A DNA stretch of 63,679 bases, counting the filler, from Choristocarpus tenellus KU-1152 (taxonomy: Eukaryota; Protista; Phaeophyceae), in the NCBI GenBank assembly GCA_964200185.2. It is 9 parts of 9 records of this genome, joined end to end, with 100 filler letters (N's around TTAATTAATTAA, not from the genome) between each part and the next. Parts side by side here need not be neighbours in the genome. Positions count along the whole stretch, not along the records: positions 1 to 15,612 come from CAXNAD020000963.1; 8 more parts are not named here. One strand, written 5' to 3'. A program made the translations under genes and the position numbers. Numbering within the stretch: the first letter of the stretch is position 1; the number at the start of each line of letters is the position of its first letter. The notes under the pieces are model-generated. The model was given only the letters and a program-made list of their open reading frames with translations. It did not search any database and was not told the origin of the DNA. Shown here one piece after another: positions 1 through 12,300 of the stretch.

Positions 1-191
1 GACAAATGGTGGTGGGGGTGGGGGGGGGGGGGGGGGGGGGGGGCTTCCTAGCCGAGTTAATTGTAGTCGTATATTGTTTTTGTTCACAACACAAAATATT
101 TCAATTTAGAATGCTCATCAAGAAACTAACTCCCTGCAGATCTTGTTTCACCTATGCACTTCATTGATTTCTACAAAGTTTCATCACTGCC

Positions 192-560
192 ATGATATTA
201 TCACATAGCAACATAATTGATAGTGATTTATCCATGGTACTACTGAAGGAGTTGATGTTTGGGGAACTTGCGGATGGAAAGTGGAAGCAAGGTGGACAGG
301 CAAAGATTTGCTGGATGTGCCTACAACATGGCCTCAAGAAGTTCAGGATCCCAGTTGAGGGAAAGAGTGCAATGGCAAAAACAAGCACAGGTGGTATGTG
401 CTTGAGGTTGATGGGACAAAGAGGTTGATGGATGAATGGCACGTCAAAGAAGCTGTGATAGCTCAAATACATCATGCCGAAGCAGCCACTAAGGAAGCCC
501 TAGCAGACTATCAGGACAAATGCACGAGCACCACTCCCTGCTGAATGTTGCTTCTCTTAT
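192..560 (+). mobile_element. Degenerate 3' end of an RTE-type non-LTR retrotransposon (LINE) ORF
   Basis: Translation LMFGELADGKWKQGGQAKICWMCLQHGLKKF matches the typical RTE C-terminal pattern (MFGEL..G.R..GG..K.W..CL..DL..F). Not an intact ORF; boundaries approximate. Confidence 0.6.
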
Positions 561-1268
561 TGACTGCTTCCCTTTGTTCAATTGTCCTTGTGTCTCTCTC
601 TTCTCTATGTGATATGTGATGACCGGTGTTCAGATCGGATGGACCGGGCGCGAAACTGAACTCTTCTTTATAAACTTATCATAGCTTCGATTTGAGTCAT
701 ACATAACTGGGCAAGTCTTTGTATTCGTGAAACGGCCAAACCAAAACGTGAAAATTCGTAACGTCGCAGACTTTCGGGACAAAAGAAGTAGAATCTCTTC
801 CAAATATCTATCAACGTACAAGTCTTTATATTACTGTTTGTCTTGAATGTATTAATGCTGTTCGAACAAGAGCATGTTTTGAAGTACTTATCAACGTGAG
901 ATGATTCTGGTGTGTGGTACTTTTGTTGAGTGTTGATACGTGGTGCATGTGCAATAATATTATTGTAGTACTGTGTTTCTAGGGCATGAGCTTTTTTCGA
1001 TTACCTTGTTCTTACCAATGAGATGTGTTCAAGGAAGGATAAATGCTAACGGTACATGACGCACTTGTCCAGACTTGGCATAGATAAAGAGGACGGGGCA
1101 TTAACTTGTGCAAGGAGTGGGGGGGGGAATTTGAGATAAGTGAAAATATGTGTAGTCTCACTATGGCAAATGCGAGTTGGCTGAACAGGGCGTACCACAT
1201 GAGAAGCGGGGGGGGGATGGGGGTTATCAGAAGAGTGAAATGCGAAGTGCTCCCCAACCCTAGATATA

Positions 1269-1482
1269 CAGGTGGTACGTTGTGGACTAATTACGGGTCA
1301 CGAAGAAAATGCCCCGAATTTCACTGAAGAATAATATCAGGTATGGGAAAAATATCCAAAAAATATCCAAAATGACCCCAAAAAAGTCGGGAAAGTGTCG
1401 CGAAAAGGCAAATTATTCTTATTGTTCGAAAACTGATTAAATGCGATAAAGAGTTTAGGAAGATTGTTACAAAGTACCTCCT
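1269..1482. mobile_element. Putative small TIR element (MITE), distinct from families A-D
   Basis: Imperfect terminal inverted repeat AGGTGGTACGTTGT ... ACAAAGTACCTCCT around an AT-rich, non-coding interior. Confidence 0.4.
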
Positions 1483-1615
1483 AAAAAGCACTACAACACC
1501 ATGACCAACAGTAAGGGCCAACAACATTGTTACTCTCGACTCCCTAACCTTTGGTGGAATCCTCATCGTCAGTGTGCTCATGACAAGTGGGATCTTTCGC
1601 GTGGAGGTGATGAAA

Positions 1616-1792
1616 GGCTCGAAGTATCTGGGGGGGGTGGCGGCTGTCCATCTGGGGCCTATTTTTCCATATCTCAATTTTTTTGATGATTTGGTTGCAT
1701 GTGTTAGATGGATAGTGTAAGTGCACTTTTCCTGGTCAGGGCCCAAATGGACATCCTGGTGTAGACCCCCCCCCCCCCAGATATTTTGAGTC
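1616..1792. mobile_element. MITE family B copy
   Basis: TIRs GGCTCGAAGTATCTGGGGGG ... CCCCCCAGATATTTTGAGTC; interior shared with copies at 4353, 25533 and 51719. Confidence 0.85.
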
Positions 1793-2742
1793 AAACCGAT
1801 GCAAACCTGTACCTTACTTTTACCTGTTGTCTGCTCCCTGATAAGATCGATGATTTTTTCAATGTTCCACACAACGCAAAAGGTTTGTTTGTTCTAATCA
1901 CAACTCTTTTTGATTTGTTTATAGAACGTTTACACGCCCTTGTACATCAACCTTTCCTATCTAAATTACCTACTCCCCCGGATCAACATTATGTGTCCCA
2001 TATTATGCTCTTGATCTTCTACACTATACTATATGATATCTTGTCAACAGGAACACAGGTATGAACGTGCACTCTCTCTAAAGATTTAATTTCTGCAGGG
2101 TTCACATTAACATAAGGCACAACGAAGCTTGCCATTTGTTGAACCCCCTCAATAAGTGTTCATACTAAATCTATATACTATTATTTGGAGGGTGCTTGGC
2201 CAGGACACGGATGGGTAAGGGATAATAGTACTGTTTTGACGCACACAATTCAACTTTTAAAAGGTGGTAACTAACTAGGGGTCTTTCAGATCAGGGTTTG
2301 AACCTCACACACAACACACATCCCTTTGTGGAGAGGAAAAGGTCTTCAACATCGCAAGAGGTGCAACAAATATAAGGGATAAAATATGAAAATGAGCAGA
2401 ATATGCGGAGTACGAGGATGGTGTCTGGCAAAGTAGAATGAGGCAATGACAGTTAGGCAAGGATATCACTAGGATGGGCGGGCACAATGTGGATTAGAAA
2501 GGGGGGGTAAGTCTATGGAAAATAGTCAAGAGGACATACACATTGGGTCGGGTCACAGGGAGGAGCGGCATTTCCTCAAAGAAATGGCCTCCAACCAGAG
2601 GCTACTGGGGTGGAGTATAAACCAACAATTAGCACCCGATAAGAACAACAAAATGTGCTCAGGGTGGAAGAGATATTTTCCTGAAGAACGTGGTATGGAG
2701 GAGTGGTAGGGGCATGTCGATGCAGAACATGCGTATCATATT

Positions 2743-3263
2743 GAACCAAAGTAAACGAGAGGTACCCAGAGTTGCATTTTAAGGATGATGACAAATTTAT
2801 GCAAAGGTCGACTTATTTTACAAATGCATGTGAGTGAAAGTATCTTAGAGGGTACGAATTTTTCCCTGTTTGTCCATTTGGGGCTTGGCTTCCCATGGGT
2901 TCTTTTATGACATTTTCCTACTCCAAAATGGTTCGGAATAGGGAAAGTGTATAAGTTATGAAAAGGTGTGACCAAAACATGGATATTGACACTTCCTAAC
3001 AAACACGATAGCCAAAAACGACATCAAAATCGCAACATTGGATTTTAGTCCCCAAATGGACGCGACTCTACCCTCTAAGATACTTTGGCTCATGTATGAA
3101 AATTTCTGAATTCTATCTAAACGTTTCAAACAATAGAGAAATCAACGCTCTCAACTCAAACTTAACACGTCATACATTGAAACATGGGTGAATTGCGAAA
3201 GACTAAAAACTGACTTAAAACACAAACGGCCAAATATTTGGTATCTCTCGCTTACTTTACCTC
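2743..3263. mobile_element. MITE family C copy carrying a nested family A copy
   Basis: Ends GAACCAAAGTAAACGAGAGGTACC ... GGTATCTCTCGCTTACTTTACCTC; homologous to 28265-28541. Confidence 0.75.
2832..3091. mobile_element. MITE family A copy, TSD ATGT
   Basis: TIRs GAGTGAAAGTATCTTAGAGGGTA ... TACCCTCTAAGATACTTTGGCTC, flanked on both sides by ATGT. Confidence 0.9.
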
Positions 3264-3449
3264 GTCAGTGCATTGGGAGGGGGGTTAGGGATATGATCCA
3301 AACTCGGGCATGTCTGAGAAAACAGGGTATTATTGTACAGGGCAGTACACTTGTCGAGGAAGGGATATGGGCACTACTGAAAAGTTGGCAAAGACAGTAG
3401 GCAGGGGCATAATGAAAGAAAGACGGGTATTATAATGGTGCCGCTAGGC

Positions 3450-4305
3450 AGACGAGGGAGGTGCAGCGATCTAGCAAATTATAAGATATCTAAAAAAGAA
3501 GGCAAGGGGATGTGGAGGTGCAGTGATAAAATTTGGCTTTCGAGAGAATGTAGGGGGATAGATGACTAACTTAGAGAGTGGAAAATGCATACTTCGAAGT
3601 ATCAAGTATGAAGGACCGGGGATGACTGATGCATTGAATTAAAAAAAGTCTCAAGATAGAGCTGACTTTGATATTTCAGTGCACTTCTCAACATTTTCTG
3701 CAGCTGGAAATGTTTCTCAGACCTGTGATGTCCAACCCATACCCCATTCATAGGTTTCGCTTGAGTTTGGTCATCAATGCCGCAGTGTATAATTGTTGAG
3801 AAACTTATGAGCAACATGTCATCGCAATAGAAGGGAGTTTTAGGCATGGTGGCAAAACGTAGGGCAATACAACGGGATACAATTGCTGTGGGTGGTTGGG
3901 GGTGGATTCCTTGTCGGGCATGTAAGGTGGATGAAATACTAAGGCATTGAGGGGAGTTTGGGACTTCGAAGAAATAATCCAGAAACTTCGCCAAGAACAC
4001 ATCAAACAGGAATTTACAATATCGTGGAAATTATTGTTGGAGTGAATAAGCGCAGGGATACACAGAAACTAGACATTGTATCATTGTATGAGCCAAATAA
4101 TATAGGGCGGAGTTGAGATCACTGCTGAAGAATGGCATTCCAACAACAGTGCAAATAGCGGGGACTGGAGGAGTACGGAGAATATATTGGGCAGGATAGA
4201 GGCCGGTTGAAGATTTAAGGCATGGAGAGGAGACAGGGGAATTACAATAATTTTGTGGGCGTATCCAGCAGGAGTGCATCAAAGGTAGAGTTTAGTGAAA
4301 TCCTG
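3450..4305 (-). mobile_element. Highly degenerate reverse-transcriptase remnant, possibly Penelope-like
   Basis: Minus-strand fragments DFTKLY (cf. DF.SLYT) and FYCDDMLLI (cf. RYIDDLL.I); many stops and frameshifts. A PVDK..I fragment near 2040 (-) may be related. Confidence 0.35.
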
Positions 4306-4352
4306 GCAGGAACACATAGAAAACATGCATGATAATCAGCACATCTATTGAT

Positions 4353-4529
4353 GACCCAAAGTATCTGGGGAGGGGGGGGGGTCTTCACCAGGATGTCCCT
4401 TTGGCCAGTAACCAGGAAAATGCACTTACATTATCCATCCAACATATGCAACCAAATCACCCCAAAACTGCGACATCAAAAAATTGTTCCCAAATGGACA
4501 GTTACCACCACCCCCAGATACTTTGAGCC
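4353..4529. mobile_element. MITE family B copy, TSD TGAT
   Basis: GACCCAAAGTATCTGGGG ... CCCCCAGATACTTTGAGCC, flanked by TGAT on both sides. Confidence 0.9.
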
Positions 4530-6371
4530 TGATGTAACTTCTAACGGGAAACATCAAAAGGAAGGGGGTGGACAAGGCAACGCAGGCAGATAGAGCTATA
4601 CACAAATAGTGTTATCCTTCGTGCGAGGGTAGCCCTTCTCGACATCCCATGTGGCGGAGACCTGAAACTCTCTGCCACAACCACCACCTGCCCCAAACAA
4701 CAGTACAACACAAGGTGCGCGTTTCTGACTGCTGCCCACATAATATGAGGCCGGGACAGGTGATTGTTGATAACATCCGTCAGGGACCTTGCAACACCTG
4801 AACAACGCATGAGCACAGAGAGGAGGATATCGAATACTCTGTGAGCAACCTTGGGCATATACAACATACAGCATTTATGAACAACAAAGGACATTCCCCA
4901 AACCACCGACGTCCCTACATTGCCGAGCCTGTTGAGGGTGCCTGGGCAGGGGATCCAAGGAGATGCAACTACTGGCTTCCGTCCTCTACCTGCACAGGAT
5001 GACAATATTTCTCCACAGGAAAAAAGACATTTACAATACCTTGAACAGCCATAAGTCACCATTGCCAATGCGGAAATGATCCAAGCTCTAGAGGTGGAGG
5101 ATGAACGACCAAATCATAGATCATATCGTCCCAATCAATTGCAACAAGGAAGGAAACCATGACAAAAGCAGGATCACTTCCTGTAGTAGACATACGATGG
5201 GTAGGCTTGACACAGTGGTATGTTACCAAGACACCAGCGCCAACATCTTACCTTCTATCCTATCCAGTACAAAATGGGATTTCAAATAACAAGGTCCATG
5301 ATTTTCAAAATGCGTGTCGGTTCATCCGTGGATTTGTTCTATTTCTGAGAGGACGTACGTCCTTGTATTGTTATTCTACTGAATTATAATAATATGACAA
5401 AGTATTTGCGAAAAAAAAATGACAAATCTTCAAACCTATTTCATAACAATATATCAACATTAGAACAAAACACCTCGCCCTTAGGTCGATCGACCGATGG
5501 ATCTTTGATGAACCACCATTCATGATTATTAGAGGCAACATATTCGAACATAGTGTGTGTAGCGTGTGATTTGTCTTTGAATTGTGACTCAATTTTTTCA
5601 CTCGACCTCATAAAAAAACAAGACGTGCCGCCCGAAAACTTACCCGCAACTTCACTGGAGCGTGACAGGGGTTTTATGACGTCTCTTGAAGTTGTCTCTA
5701 TCCTACGTACTAATATACTGATAATAATTCCATTGTACACTACCTTTGATTAATGATATTTTGTACACAAATTAAGAAAGAACCAAAGATTACATTCAAT
5801 CCTCTGCAAAAGAAGGGAAACCAATAAAAAAGGATAGAACAATATTTGAGATAAATAGTAGGTACACCATTTTGCATGAGGAGCAACATTTGTTGAATAT
5901 GTTATAAATAGCAAACAAAAAAATCACAATTTTCAAACCATCATCTCTCTACAATCAGAATTCTATCGTATCTGCCTTCAACACTCTACGCAAAAAGAAC
6001 TACTTCTCCGCGTTTTACACATACTTGTAACACAAAGCATATTGGTCCTCTCAACCAATTCTTCCTCCCAAACTCTCTCTCAACTACACATAGTTGGCAC
6101 CCTCCTCCATCACACCTCCATTGTCCTTCTTGCCCTTTAAGTAATTCCTGTAGCCCCACGATCACAAGAGGCGAGTTGTCTAGAAGGAAAAAAGGCATTG
6201 TTGTGTCACCATCATCTGATACGAGCAAGACCTCGGCGACATAGGTCGAGACCTCTCACCTAAATCTTTGACTCATGCGTGTTGTGTACTGGAGGTCAAT
6301 CACGAATTAATATTGTTCTCCGCACGGCATTGCCATCTGTTGTGTGTCCTATTAGAGGGGTATTTCGCGTT

Positions 6372-9300
6372 ATGCTCTCTCAGTCCTGCGCCTTTGTTGA
6401 AAGGCAAAAAGAGAGACCCCATCTGCTGAGCAATAGGCAACATGCATGTTGTCGAGGCCTTGTATCTCAATTGCTGGTTGCCTGCAGTTTTCTTTTCCAT
6501 CTACGAGGTGGAATGTCGCTTGAGCCATGCATTGCATTGACCGAACCCGTAACTGTCAGCTCACCTATGGATGCCAATATTCTGGCCTTGAGCGTGAACT
6601 GCACTGGAGGATCGGTAACCGCAGAGTGGTTTGGATCTGTGGTGATTAATTCCCCTATTGTAGTAGGTGCAGATACTCGTCTAGAAATAACTGGTGGAGA
6701 CGATTTGGCGGTAGTGGATGGCAATTCCTCCATCAGACTGTTCGAGGTCGGCAAGGGGGGTTACCTCAACCTGGAAGGTATTACTCTTAAAAATGGTCAA
6801 GCAACGGATATCGTAACGCAAAATTTCATGGGGGAAGGAGGAGCAGTTTTTGTTACTGGGGGAATGTTGAATGTCACAGAATGCCTGTTTGAAGGCAGTA
6901 GGGCTGACAGTGATGGAGGCTGTATCTTTGCAACCAATGATTCTACCGTAATTGTCGAGAAAAGCGTATTTCGGAGGTGTTGGGCGGGGGTAGAACCTGC
7001 TGTGGGAGATGAGGACGCGGTCGGCGATGGTGGAGGTATCAAGGTGCGATTGTGTACTGTACTGTAGTTCAGAGGGCGTTGTTTCCGTGTTCATCTAGGT
7101 ATTCCCTACACAAAGTGGCTGGCATCCACTTCAAAATGCATACTGGCTGTTCCCACCGTCCCTGGGTGCAGTTTGAGAGGAGTGTAATTTTGTACCCTAT
7201 CTACGTTCCACTTCCTGCCTATTTTGTAGCACTGGTCTCTTTAACCTGATAGTCAACCCATGAATAATAGATTAATCATCCAATGCCCTAGAACATCCCA
7301 CCCCCTGCTCTTGCTGGGAATCGAATCCACTACTCAATACACATACACACACATACTTGTACCCTTGGCAAATAGGTGGCGATTGGAAAGTGCTTGATCA
7401 CCAACAGCTTATTTGAAGAATGTTATGCTGGAAACAAGGGTGGTGGTGCAACCCTTCATATTGGAAATTTCTCCGTTTCAAATACAAGTTTTGTTCGTAA
7501 CAGAGTTGGTGGAGGCTTGACTGACGACAAAGATGGTGAGGGTGAAAAAATGACTCTATATCAATTGGCATAGGAGAGAGCGGAAAGAAAATCCACGTGG
7601 CTCCTAGGAGATGTGCATGCATCACTTTTGTCCTTCCTGGGAGGAACTCAAACCCTAAATTGCTGACCTTGGAATGAATATATATATGCTCTTCCACTTA
7701 ATCTCTCCGATTACTACAGCAGTTGTGCTGTACTCCACAACTTGTGCTAATATGTTATGCAACAATGTTAAGCCTTACAGCATCATGTTCGCATTTGTTC
7801 CACGAACTTGTAATGCATGTGCAAATAACTCGCCCCCTCCCTTAACCGTACTTTGAACCACCCTACCTTTGTTTCTGCTGTACTGTTGTAAAAGATTACC
7901 CTATTGGTGCTGGCGGTGGCCTTGTGTTTTCGGAATGCTTTGAGGGCTATGGCGGAGGAAATTGTACGATCTCCTCTTCATTGTTCGAGAACAACACTTC
8001 TGCTTACAAGGGAGGTGCCCTTGATATTGCCGATGGGACGAGGGTGATAGCTGATGGGTGGGTACAGTAGTGCTTTGTGATGCTTTCATGAGAGTTTGCA
8101 ATGTGGCAGTACCCTGTGCAGTATGTTACAGAACTCTATAAAGTGTACTGTACACTGTACTGTATTGTGCTGGAACTATAATGTACTAAATGGTGCGGTT
8201 GTGCTCATCATTTTTGTTTTCTGTTATTGCACTCTTCAACCCCCCTTCGCAAAACATCCTCACGTATGGATGCCAATCACTAACACCCCCCCTCTTGTTC
8301 TCCTTTGATATTAGATGTAAGTTCCTGGCCAACAAGGCAGGCTTTTCCGATCCGTTGCTCAAGATTAACGAGGGTTTTGCTCAAGGGGAGGGCGGGGCCG
8401 CCTCTGTTGCTGGGGATTCCTACCTATTTATCCAGGGTAGCTTATTCGAAAAGAACATCGCAGGGAGAAAGGCAAGAGTATGTGATGGCGGAGATGGTGT
8501 TGGTAGGGGTTGCATGGAGAGGATAGCGAACAATTCTAAACACCTTATACGGGAAGTCCAACTAGAAAGTCATGGTTGTGCTATTGGTATGTTATGGTTT
8601 GCAAGCGTAACCAGGGATGAAACTTGGAGTTGTCACTGTGTCAAGTCAAATACATCCGTACTATTCCAGAGTGGTGAACTTGAAGGATGAGAGAGTGCTT
8701 CCAGCACAGTGTAATGAAAAGAGTTGTTGTATTTATCGACTAAACCTTGTTTAGTGATTCCTGTGCTTTTTCTTCCCTGCGCAAAATAGGTGATCTTTCT
8801 TAATTTCCCTCAATAACACTGAAATCCTGATTCTACTTTTTCTGTCGCTTGAATATGTAATGTTGAACGTGAGCTCTCCAGGCGTGTGCGTTCTTTGTGC
8901 GTCTTTTTATATACGTGCTCCTCAAACCGATATGGTAAACGGATAAGGCTTAATGTGTTTATTGAATATATGTTCCTCTGAGGAATTTATCAGCGTCCAA
9001 AGCAGCCATATATAGTTGAGCAATATGCGGAAATTGAACGAGTGGTCGAGTGATAAGCTCAAGTACTACTGCACATATACTTTGAAATAGAGTTTGTATT
9101 CCTACCTTACACCTCTACTCGTGGTTTATCCAGCTTTTTGCGCTTACCAGAGGGTATCAATGGCAGCAGACCCCCTTCGCCACCCACCTATCCCCTTAAC
9201 ACCAATCAATTTGCTAGGCATGGTCCCATCCCTCTTTTTCCTAGGTAGGCTGGGGCCATATCGGGTGGAGACTGGTCAAACGTCTATGTGGACGCTTCTG

Positions 9301-12300
9301 AGTTTGTTGAGAATTTTGCATTGAGGGATAGCGGTGGTGCAATGGTTATGAGCAAAAACTCTACCCTCAGTGTGGTGTCCTCCACCTTCAGAGAGAATTA
9401 TTGCTTAGGTAAAGGAGGCGCTTTATCTACTTCAGACGATTCTAAGGTCACCTTGGTGAACAGTACATTCCAAGGAAATATTGCAAGTGAGGTGAGGATG
9501 TTGCCTCCCTTTTCCCCTCTCTCTTATTCAGTCCTCTCTTTGTTGTCTCTCAGTTGAAGGAAGGACCTGATCTGGAACCATACTGTCTTGATTACCTTGA
9601 GTACCCTGTGCGAATAATTTTTTCCCTGAAGAGAAGAAATTTCATTGTGATTTTTCAGTACTCTTACTCTTTTCAGAGGTGTGTTTTCCCAGACTGGTAC
9701 TATTCTGAACTCTTTATGACTTCGATCTTTCCTGGGTGCAGCTTCAGCCTGCTTCTGCAGAAAGAATTGCTTACGACTGTACGATCTATTGATAGTGTGC
9801 ACTGATTCAAATGTAAGTTACTGTCTCAGTAGGGGAAAGTCCCAAAAACGATTTTCAGTTGATCTCCTCCAACTTTGAGTGTGGGTAGTGTAACTTCATC
9901 CACTCCACTCTTCAATAGGCTCAATAGTGCTACAACTCACGATTCTGAACCCTTCCCTCCTCTGCAGGACGCAAAGTTAATGATGACCAACGATATGATA
10001 AGTTAGGCTCTGCACAGTCTCCCCATCCCCAAATCCAACGCCAACCCTCTTCCCTCAATAGGTTGCTGGCGTTATGTGGTCAAAGGGACAAGTAGAGGTC
10101 CTGTCTGGCCGGTTTATTGGTAACTCTGCTACAAAAGAGAATGCAGGAGTGTTCTTTTGCTCCAATAACTCCCGATATCACATTAAGGGGGGGGAGTTCC
10201 GTGAGAACATATCGGGTGGCCACGGTGGGTGTTTGTATGCCTCGAGTGGATCTGCTGTGCTGGTGTCAGGAGGTAATTTCGAGAAAAACAAAGCCACAGA
10301 TAGCGGAGGGAATTTCTTTGTAGGGCAAGAGGTCGACTTCAATGTGAGTGCAGGGGACGGAATGGGAGGTTACGTGTGGGGAGGGTACTTTCATATTTTT
10401 TCGTAGTTTGCACACTCTCTGTACAGTAGTTATCACTGCTGAAGAATGTGTTTTTGTAGACATTCAGAGCTTGGCGCTTTTGAGACTGTGGCTGCTACTG
10501 CCATGTTTTGTATGGTGCCTTTAGCATTTAGTGTGATGACTGCTCTTCGGGTAGGGGTATTGTTGGTACGGGAGGATGGTGAGTGGTGAAATTAGAGGTG
10601 CATTGAAGAGAAAGGTGGCGGTATTCTAGGTGATCGAAGAACTTATTTTTGCATGGTGATTTCATGTACTACTTGTTTGTTATTTTATGTATCACGGGGC
10701 TTCTATCCTTGAAGTGAGACTACTATAGAAATCTCAAGTGTGATGTGTATACAGTGCGGTATATTTTTGTTTATTCTGTGATTTTGTGCGGTCAGGAAGA
10801 GTTCTCATACATTTTTGTGGGGGCTAAGAGTTATGTTGAATATTTGTGGTATTTCGTGGTGCAGCGTAACTATCCTTAGGTTAGGTCTTGTAATGCTTGA
10901 TCCAGAGGTATGTCTTAATGAAAGACAGAGAAAAAATATATTTTGAATAAATTTCCGCTGGGATTCGAAATGTATTCAAATTGTTCCCATTTTATCCGGC
11001 TTGCAGGAAGGGTGAGTTGATGTTTTTACCAGGCTGTTGTATGTTCAAGACTAAAGGTTCTACTGTGTGTACTGTGTTGGTATGCTTGTGGTAGTAGTAG
11101 CACAGAACTGCACATACTTCACACAATTCAGAAATTATATTAGGTTTTAGCATTTTCATTTCTCATAGCATGGAAGTATCCTTTGAGATGCACTTGGACA
11201 AATAAGGATATTGTGTTCACTGCTACTGAACATTGACCTACCTGGTTGTGAATAGATAACTCGCTTCCCCCCCCTCTTTAATCAACCCCATTCCACTTTT
11301 TGCAGATCACGGGGGGGGTCTTCAGGAATAACTATGGGCGCACTGGTGGCTTTGTGTATGTTGAGGGTTCAAGGGTCAATTGCCAGGGTGCTGTTATTGA
11401 AGATCACAACGCGATTGATGGGGGCGCCCTTTATGCGCTTAAAGAGGCCAGAGTAGACTGGGCTTGTGACTGTGTCAACAACTCTGCTATTCTTGGAGGG
11501 GCAATGTGAGGGGCTACAGGAGGAGAGGAGGGAAGGGGATACTTTGCATGTTATTACTGTATAAATAGTAAATAATTATTTTGCGTTTGGAGTAGTGTCA
11601 TCTCTGTTACTGCAAGATTGCTCGTTACCTGTAACTTGTACTGTTGTGGAGTGGGAAATTTATGTAATTGCTTCTCAGGAAGTGATTATGTTAATTATTA
11701 TACCAGACACTTTTTTTGTGGAGTGGAAATATAAAAACGAGCCGAAGTATCTTAGAGGGTAGAGTCAAGTCCATTGGGGGCCAATCCAATGTTGCGATTT
11801 CAATGTAATTTTAACAATCGTATTTGTTAGGAAGTGTCAATATCCTTGTTCTGGACACACCTTTTCATAACGTATAACATTTTACCAACTCCAAAACCTT
11901 TTGGAGTAGGAAAATGCCAAAAAAAATAAATGGGAAGCCAAGCCCCAAACGGACAAATGGGGCAAAACTCGCACCCTCTGAGATACTTTCACTCAACATA
12001 TCCTAGGGTGCTAGTTAGTCACATGTGCGTTTTCTTAGTAGTCGTTGGTAACAATATTATGGTGGACCTGTATTGACGAAGAACATTCACTATTCCTGAA
12101 CAGCGAAACAAATACTCCAGTAGTTATTGCACACAATGCACTTGTATTTAACTTCGGGTGGAGTCCCTCACCACCACCAACAAGATTGACACAGGACAAG
12201 AGCAATAATACATTCACATGATCTCTATGGAAGCATTTCCGGACGTTTTCCTGTGAGTTATCCCTCACCCTCTCTGATCCCCCCATTAGCTCTCCTCATA

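Noticed and set aside
1-43. Long poly-G tract at the window start
   Set aside because: Homopolymer near a probable contig edge; length unreliable, and similar G/C runs are common in this sequence.
1321-1872. ORFs of 60-180 aa overlapping MITEs (also 2736-3002, 20202-20609, 52014-52322, 56952-57233)
   Set aside because: Chance reading frames through non-coding repeats; their mutual similarity simply reflects the repeat.
4541-5289. Several overlapping ORFs up to 175 aa
   Set aside because: No recognisable motif or splice-consistent model; probably a decayed retroelement.
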